Source: an uncultured candidate division Zixibacteria bacterium
GTDB taxonomy: Bacteria > Zixibacteria > MSB-5A5 > GN15 > FEB-12
Assembly: GCA_963806185.1 (NCBI GenBank)
Contig: CAWDXE010000004.1
Location: forward strand, 32,001 to 96,000
Direction: 5' to 3'
Length of the DNA: 64,000 bases
Shown here: positions 58,214 to 64,000 of the stretch, piece by piece
How the letters are laid out: every line of letters starts with the position of its first letter
Position numbering within the stretch: position 1 is the first letter of the stretch
Translations under genes and position numbers: made by a program
The notes under the pieces: generated by a model
Told to the model about the DNA's origin: nothing
Databases searched by the model: none
What the model saw: only the letters and a program-made list of their open reading frames with translations

Positions 58214-59749
58214 ATGACGATGATCCGTTCATATAGAATCTGCCTCTTTCTGCTAGCCCTTACGCTGATCCTGAGTCTGTGCTCAGTCTACGGCGAGACA
58301 ATGTCCATTCCCATCGCCGGTTCGAACGAAGAGATCAGCTCATTCGACAGCAACAACACCCAATACCTGTCGCTTTCCGAGTTGGCCGACCGCTTGGATA
58401 GCCGCCTTGACTGGGGCGTCGTCGGCCAGGAAGTCACTTTTGCCGATCCTGGACTCGCCTTCACTCTGGTGATTAATTCACCCTACTTCCGTTTTCGCGA
58501 CTCGCTTTACAACATGGTCTATCCGGCCGTCATGCGTGAGGGTCAGCTTTTTGTCCCGGCCGAAACGTTTCTTCCCTTCATGCAGCAGGCTACACCCAAA
58601 CTGGCCGCCTGGACTGCCCGCACGCGGCCCGGCCGTAACGATTCCCGCGGCTCGAGCACTTCGGATAGAAGTGCCTCGGTCAAGGACATCACCTTCTCGC
58701 CTCGAGCCAACGGTCTGCTCATTCAGATCGCGCTCTCGGATGAACTCTCCTACGACGCCTTCATCACTACCGGCAATTGGCTGAATATCTCCATCCGCAA
58801 CGGCAAGCTCGATCAGGACCGGATCCTGTCTCGCAAAGACGATCGCCTCATGTACGATCTAAAAACCTACCAGGAAGGCGCTACCGGTCAGATTTCCGTT
58901 CGCTTGCGCACCGACGTCAAGAACTGGACACACAAGTTCGTCAACGATCCTCCCCGAATCCAGATCTCCATCGCCGACACTAAATTTCGCATCGATTCCG
59001 CCACCGCCGCCGCCACCATCGGCAAGCCGCGCCCCGGAATCGGACCGGATAATAAGATCGACGTCATTGTGGTCGACGCCGGTCACGGCGGTGTCGACTA
59101 CGGCGCCATCGGCCCCAACGGCGCGAGGGAAAAGGATGTCGTCCTTGCCATCGCCAAGGAACTGACCCGTCAGCTCAAGAAACAGGACGGTCTCGAGGTC
59201 ATCATGACCCGCGACAACGACAAGTACATTCCACTCCCGGAACGCGCGGAAATCGCCAACCGCGCAAAGGCCGACCTGTTTGTGTCGATTCATGCCAACG
59301 CCAATCCGAAAAAATCCGTCAAAGGGTGGAATGTCTTTTTCCTGGCCCCGGCAAAAAACGACTCTGCCCGCGCCGTCGAACAACTGGAAAACAGCTACTA
59401 CCTCCGCGAGGCGGCCGCTGAGTCGGAACAGGACGCCGGCTCGCCTGACGCCGTCGTGAGTATCCTCAATGAAATGATCATGACCGAATTTCAGGCCGAG
59501 TCCCATGACTTCGCTCTGATGATCGATAAGGAACTGCGCCGCGCGCTAGATACCCCCGCTCGCGGCGTCGATCAGGCCGGCTTCGTCGTGCTCAACAAAG
59601 TCTTTACCCCTTCTGTGCTCGTCGAAACAGCTTTCATTTCCAACCCACAGGAAGAGAAACTTCTTCGGGATAAAACTTATCAAGCGCAGGTGGCGGCTGC
59701 CATCACCAAGGCCATCCTGCAGTTCAAAGACAAATTCGAGAGCCAGTGA
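58214..59749 (+). CDS. N-acetylmuramoyl-L-alanine amidase (Amidase_3)
   Basis: VDAGHGG, EKD, MTRD, FVSIHAN, PSVLVETAFISN; signal peptide. Confidence 0.93.
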   Translation: MTMIRSYRICLFLLALTLILSLCSVYGETMSIPIAGSNEEISSFDSNNTQYLSLSELADRLDSRLDWGVVGQEVTFADPGLAFTLVINSPYFRFRDSLYNMVYPAVMREGQLFVPAETFLPFMQQATPKLAAWTARTRPGRNDSRGSSTSDRSASVKDITFSPRANGLLIQIALSDELSYDAFITTGNWLNISIRNGKLDQDRILSRKDDRLMYDLKTYQEGATGQISVRLRTDVKNWTHKFVNDPPRIQISIADTKFRIDSATAAATIGKPRPGIGPDNKIDVIVVDAGHGGVDYGAIGPNGAREKDVVLAIAKELTRQLKKQDGLEVIMTRDNDKYIPLPERAEIANRAKADLFVSIHANANPKKSVKGWNVFFLAPAKNDSARAVEQLENSYYLREAAAESEQDAGSPDAVVSILNEMIMTEFQAESHDFALMIDKELRRALDTPARGVDQAGFVVLNKVFTPSVLVETAFISNPQEEKLLRDKTYQAQVAAAITKAILQFKDKFESQ

Positions 59750-59778
59750 CAATGGCCCAAACAGCGTAAGGAACTCCG

Positions 59779-60633
59779 ATGGATGCACCAATCGGCATCT
59801 TTGATTCCGGCGTCGGCGGATTGACTGTCGCCCGTGAGATATTTACCATCCTTCCCCACGAGAACGTCATCTATTTCGGCGACGTCGGCCGGTATCCCTA
59901 CGGCGGGCGCTCCCGCGAAATCATCACCCGTTTCACCATTCAGGATATCGCCTTTCTGCAGGAACATAAGGTGAAGTACATCATCTGCGCCTGCAATACC
60001 GTGTCGGCAGTCGCGCTCGACGAGGTAGGCCCGAACTACCCGCTTCCCATCATCGGCGTTATTCGTCCCGGCGCCCAGGCTGCCGTCGAACGAACCAAAT
60101 CCGGCCGCATCGGCGTCATCGGCACCCACGCCACGATCAATTCCAACACCTACGCCCGCACCATCCACGACCTCAACCCCGATATCAAGGTCTTCTCGCT
60201 CGCCTGCCCGCTCTTTGTCCCGCTGGCCGAGGAAGGGTACATCGACAAGGAAGCCACCTACCTGATCGCGAAGGACTATCTGCAAACCATGCACGATGTC
60301 GATGTTGATACCCTCATCCTCGGCTGCACCCATTATCCCTTATTGAAACAGGTGATTGCCGATGTGATGGGGGAGAAGGTGACACTCATTGACAGCGGCG
60401 AGGAAACCGCTCGCGCCGCCAAGCGCGCCATGACTGCCGCCGGTCTTATTGCTGAACAGCCGGCCGGTAAGCCGAAATTCCAGGCCGATCACAAGTTTTT
60501 CGTCTCCGACGTTCCGGAGAAGTTCTCGCAGGTGGCGACCCGCTTCCTCGGACGCGTCGTCGACCGGATCACCCGCGTGGATATCAGCCGCTACGCCGTC
60601 GAGCGGTTCCCCAATACCGTGCAGGATGCGTGA
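59779..60633 (+). CDS. murI: Glutamate racemase
   Basis: IGIFDSGVGGLTV, PYG, ACNT, LGCTHYP. Confidence 0.97.
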   Translation: MDAPIGIFDSGVGGLTVAREIFTILPHENVIYFGDVGRYPYGGRSREIITRFTIQDIAFLQEHKVKYIICACNTVSAVALDEVGPNYPLPIIGVIRPGAQAAVERTKSGRIGVIGTHATINSNTYARTIHDLNPDIKVFSLACPLFVPLAEEGYIDKEATYLIAKDYLQTMHDVDVDTLILGCTHYPLLKQVIADVMGEKVTLIDSGEETARAAKRAMTAAGLIAEQPAGKPKFQADHKFFVSDVPEKFSQVATRFLGRVVDRITRVDISRYAVERFPNTVQDA

Positions 60634-60694
60634 TCAGTCGACTTGCCCAAAATATCTGATTGACTCCGGGCCTCAGATTCCTCAACCTTAACTC

Positions 60695-62782
60695 GTGCCC
60701 GAGCTACGTCTATCAACACCGGTACAATTTCTCCCCGGCGTCGGCCCCAAAAAGGCCGCCGTCCTGGGCGAACACGGCTTGCTCACCGTTCGTGACCTGC
60801 TCGGCTATTTTCCCCGCTCATACTTGGACCGCACCAACGTCGTCCCGATCAACCGCCTGCGCGTCAACACGACCGCTACCATAATCGGCACAGTCATGGC
60901 CCACGGCATGCTCTTCGGGAAACGCCGCTGGTATGAGGTCATTCTTCAGGACGATTCCGGCGCCCTGACGCTCACTTGGTTCGCCGGCCTTCGCTTTTAT
61001 GAAAAGATGTTCAAGAAGGGACAGATTTTTGCCGCCACCGGCACGGTCACCTTCTTCAACAGCCTGCAGATGATCCACCCCGATCTCGAACGACTCGAGG
61101 ACAACTCCGACAAGATGATACACGCCGGGCGGATCATCCCGGTCTATCCGCAAACCGCCGACCTCATCAAGATCGGGCTCAACAGCAAATGGATGCGCCG
61201 CCTCACCACTGTCGCCGTTGAGAATCTCAACGAGCAATTCGAGGAACCACTCCCGGCGAACGAACTATCGCGCTACGCTCTCAATCCTATGCACGAATCG
61301 ATCGTGCATATCCACTACCCGGAATCGCGAGAACAGATCGAACAGTGCCGCCGTCGTATTGCCTTCGATGAATTGCTGAACCTCCAGTTCTATGTCCACC
61401 GCAACAAAGGGCGCAAGGCCGGCACAGTCAAAAAGCACAGCTACAAGGCGCCGGGCGAAAAGCTCACGGCCCTCAAGCACAACCTGCCCTTCACGCTCAC
61501 TGATGAACAGAAGAAGGTCGTCCGCGAAATCGTGGCCGACCTCCAGAAGCCGCGCCCCATGTCCCGTCTTCTGCACGGCGATGTCGGCTGTGGTAAGACG
61601 GTCGTTGCCGTCCTCGCCGCCGCCTATGCCGCTGAAAACAATTTGCAATGCGCCTTTATGGCCCCAACGGAAATCCTCGCCGAACAGCATTACCGCAATT
61701 GGGCCGAACCGCTTGCCGCCGTCGGGATCTCCTCGGCGTTGCTTACTTCCACGGTCAAGGGGGCCCAAAAGAAAGCGATCGCCAAGGCCGCCGGCGACGG
61801 CGACACGCAAATCCTCTTCGGCACCCACGCCCTGATTTACGATTATGTCACCTTCGCCAAACTCGGCCTCATCATTATCGACGAACAGCACCGCTTCGGC
61901 GTCGAACAACGTGGCCGCCTCTTTGCCAAGGGGGAGAGCCCCGATCTCCTTGTCATGACTGCCACACCCATTCCGCGCACGCTCGCCCTTACTCTCTACG
62001 GCGATCTTGATATCTCCGCCATCGAGAAACTCCCCCCCGGACGCAAACCGATCCGCACCGTCTGGCGCGGGGAAGACGCCATCGCCAGAGTCTATCAGTA
62101 CATTCGCGACGAAGTCAAAAAGGGCGCCCAGGCGTACATCATCTATCCGCTGATCGAGAAATCGGAACAGTCTGAGCTGAAGAATGTGGAGGACGCCTAC
62201 GCCGAACTGACCGCCGGCCCGTTCAAAGATATCCGCGTCGGCCTCGTGCATGGGCGCATCAAAGCGAAGGATCGCGATCAGATTCTGCTCGCTTTCCGCA
62301 ACGGTGATCTCGACGTGCTCTTGTCGACCACTGTCATCGAGGTCGGCATTGACAACCCCAACGCCACGATCATGCTGGTGGAACATGCCGAACGATTCGG
62401 TCTCGCCCAGCTTCACCAGCTTCGTGGTCGGGTCGGAAGAGGGGAGAAGCAGTCCACGGTCATTGCCCTTGCCTACGAACCGGTCTCCGATATCGCCAAA
62501 GAGCGTCTGCAAATGCTCACCGAATGCGGCGACGGATTCCAGATCGCCGAGGCTGACCTGATGCTTCGCGGTCCCGGGGAGATTTTCGGTCTCCGGCAGT
62601 CAGGCCTGCCTGATCTGCGAGCGGCCAATTTCAGAACCGATAAGGACCTCCTCGAAGGCGCTCGAACCGTCACCGACAAACTCTTCGCCGAACACGGGCA
62701 TCTTGACCAGAGCTATCAGGTATTGTATACCTACTTGGAGCAATCCGCCGATCGCCGCGACGTCAACCTCGGCGGCGGCTGA
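60695..62782 (+). CDS. recG: ATP-dependent DNA helicase RecG
   Basis: GDVGCGKT, MAPTEILAEQH, IDEQHRFG, TATPIPRTL, QLRGRVGR, RGPGE. Confidence 0.97.
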   Translation: MPELRLSTPVQFLPGVGPKKAAVLGEHGLLTVRDLLGYFPRSYLDRTNVVPINRLRVNTTATIIGTVMAHGMLFGKRRWYEVILQDDSGALTLTWFAGLRFYEKMFKKGQIFAATGTVTFFNSLQMIHPDLERLEDNSDKMIHAGRIIPVYPQTADLIKIGLNSKWMRRLTTVAVENLNEQFEEPLPANELSRYALNPMHESIVHIHYPESREQIEQCRRRIAFDELLNLQFYVHRNKGRKAGTVKKHSYKAPGEKLTALKHNLPFTLTDEQKKVVREIVADLQKPRPMSRLLHGDVGCGKTVVAVLAAAYAAENNLQCAFMAPTEILAEQHYRNWAEPLAAVGISSALLTSTVKGAQKKAIAKAAGDGDTQILFGTHALIYDYVTFAKLGLIIIDEQHRFGVEQRGRLFAKGESPDLLVMTATPIPRTLALTLYGDLDISAIEKLPPGRKPIRTVWRGEDAIARVYQYIRDEVKKGAQAYIIYPLIEKSEQSELKNVEDAYAELTAGPFKDIRVGLVHGRIKAKDRDQILLAFRNGDLDVLLSTTVIEVGIDNPNATIMLVEHAERFGLAQLHQLRGRVGRGEKQSTVIALAYEPVSDIAKERLQMLTECGDGFQIAEADLMLRGPGEIFGLRQSGLPDLRAANFRTDKDLLEGARTVTDKLFAEHGHLDQSYQVLYTYLEQSADRRDVNLGGG

Positions 62783-62807
62783 GTTGTTTTCAGTAAAGGA
62801 GATCACC

Positions 62808-63113
62808 GTGGCCGAAAAAGAAACTGTCGACACCCTCTTCTATCAAATGGTCCTCTCTCTGCATGGCGCCGCCATGATGTACATGGGTAAATATGCCTCT
62901 CCGGCGTCAGGTCAGATCGAACGCGATTTGACCGCTTCGAAGCAAAGCATCGACATGCTCGAAATGCTCCAGCGCAAAACCGTCGGCAATGTCTCCGATG
63001 AGGAAAAGCGGATGCTCGATCACCTGCTTTACGAACTTCGCCTGAATTATGTCGACGAATTGAAAAAGGGCGATCCCTCTGCCGACAGCAAACCGACCGG
63101 GGCCGAGAACTAG
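62808..63113 (+). CDS. DUF1844 family protein
   Basis: IDMLEMLQRKTVGNVSDEE...LYELRLNYV; AAGGAG RBS before GTG. Confidence 0.85.
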   Translation: MAEKETVDTLFYQMVLSLHGAAMMYMGKYASPASGQIERDLTASKQSIDMLEMLQRKTVGNVSDEEKRMLDHLLYELRLNYVDELKKGDPSADSKPTGAEN

Positions 63114-63281
63114 GATCAATTTCCGGCTCATTCCTTCCGATACAATAGCTGAGGCTATCGTCGTCTGTCCGTGCCCCCTCAAGGTATAATCATTGGGCGA
63201 AATTACCCCTCAGGGGAACGCGACGGTAGACGTAAAATGTCTTGATTTTAATCGACTTAGGCCTATATTCTTGAAGTACAA

Positions 63282-64000
63282 ATGACGGAACAGACCACTG
63301 CTCAACTCATCCCGATGTCTACCCTCCTGACGGTCTTTGGACCTGACCTTGAATTCTCGCGGGAGCTTGCATCGCTGACCAGTTTTGGCACCGGCGGCCG
63401 GGCCCGCTATTTCATTTCCTGCAGTTCTGCCGACGAAATAGCCCGCGCCATTGCGGGAGCCAAACGCCTGGATATACCCTTCTTTCTCATCGGTGGTGGG
63501 TCGAATTTGCTGGTCGCAGACTCCGGTTACGACGGTTTGATCATTAAGGTCGAAGTTCACGGAATGAAAGTCCTGCCCGACAGCACAATCGACTGCGGTG
63601 CCGGCGAGGACCTGATGGCCCTGGTAAATTTCTCCACGGAGAACTCCCTGGCGGGGATGGAATTCGCCGCCGGCATTTGGGGAACGGTGGGAGGAGCAGT
63701 GTACGGCAACGCCGGCGCTTTTGGCGGTGAAATCGGTCAGGTCCTGACGGAAGCTATAATCGTCACCCACGACGGCATCATCAAGGTCGTTCCGGCGGAA
63801 TACTGCCGCTTTGCCTACCGCGATTCTTACTTGAAGAAAACGCACGAAGTGGTTGTGTCCATTAAGCTTCGCCTCAAGCCTGGAAAGCGGGAGGAGATTG
63901 CCCAACGGGTCCAGGACATCCTTGCCCAACGCGAGGAAAAGCACCCTACCCGCAATACCGCCGGTTGCTTCTTCAAGAATATCCTCGATCCGAAGGAGAA
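63282..64000 (+). CDS. murB: UDP-N-acetylenolpyruvoylglucosamine reductase, 3'-truncated by the window edge (absent from the ORF track)
   Basis: Translated by hand: TSFGTGGRA, LIGGGSNLLV, GTVGGAVYGNAGAFG, FAYRDS, AGCFFKN. Confidence 0.93.
   Translation, partial: MTEQTTAQLIPMSTLLTVFGPDLEFSRELASLTSFGTGGRARYFISCSSADEIARAIAGAKRLDIPFFLIGGGSNLLVADSGYDGLIIKVEVHGMKVLPDSTIDCGAGEDLMALVNFSTENSLAGMEFAAGIWGTVGGAVYGNAGAFGGEIGQVLTEAIIVTHDGIIKVVPAEYCRFAYRDSYLKKTHEVVVSIKLRLKPGKREEIAQRVQDILAQREEKHPTRNTAGCFFKNILDPKE

Noticed and set aside
61265..62512. 415-aa ORF antisense to recG
   Set aside because: Shadow ORF from high-GC3 codon bias on the opposite strand; no motifs.
63210..63944. 244-aa minus-strand ORF at the window end
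   Set aside because: Antisense to murB, which the ORF track missed because it has no stop in the window.

Overview
This 64 kb window comes from a GC-rich, diderm bacterium, most likely FCB superphylum (candidate phylum Zixibacteria). That placement is inferred from the Cys-rich C-terminal dockerin-like tails and three PorV/PorQ-family barrels. The first ~22 kb is accessory. It encodes a giant modular surface protein (propeller, dockerin, cohesin, TSP3, FG-GAP, dockerin), a FAAL-ACP-MBOAT-SGNH (Dlt-like) acylation cassette, a DUF4266/DUF3570 pair, a fibre-like protein with a dockerin-tailed partner, a cysteine desulfurase-family enzyme and a dsrC-dsrM-like-dsrK-like operon. The rest is mostly housekeeping and envelope genes: POT transporter, propeller-amidohydrolase, hutUI, lptE, a heterodimeric ABC exporter, an SBP-TolC fusion, tRNA-Glu, a Lon-type protease, a PorZ-like/PorV/PorV operon, a PKD-containing multiheme cytochrome, two CheY-like regulators, smpB, amidase, murI, recG, DUF1844 and a partial murB. 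Structure missed by the ORF track includes a 25-codon leader peptide with mutually exclusive antiterminator and terminator helices ahead of the ABC exporter, GTAG-type REP-like elements (one interrupted by a 180-bp insert), sigma28-like promoters and several candidate leaderless genes. About six single-base frameshifts look like long-read assembly errors. All family calls come from motif recognition by eye; no database search was run.
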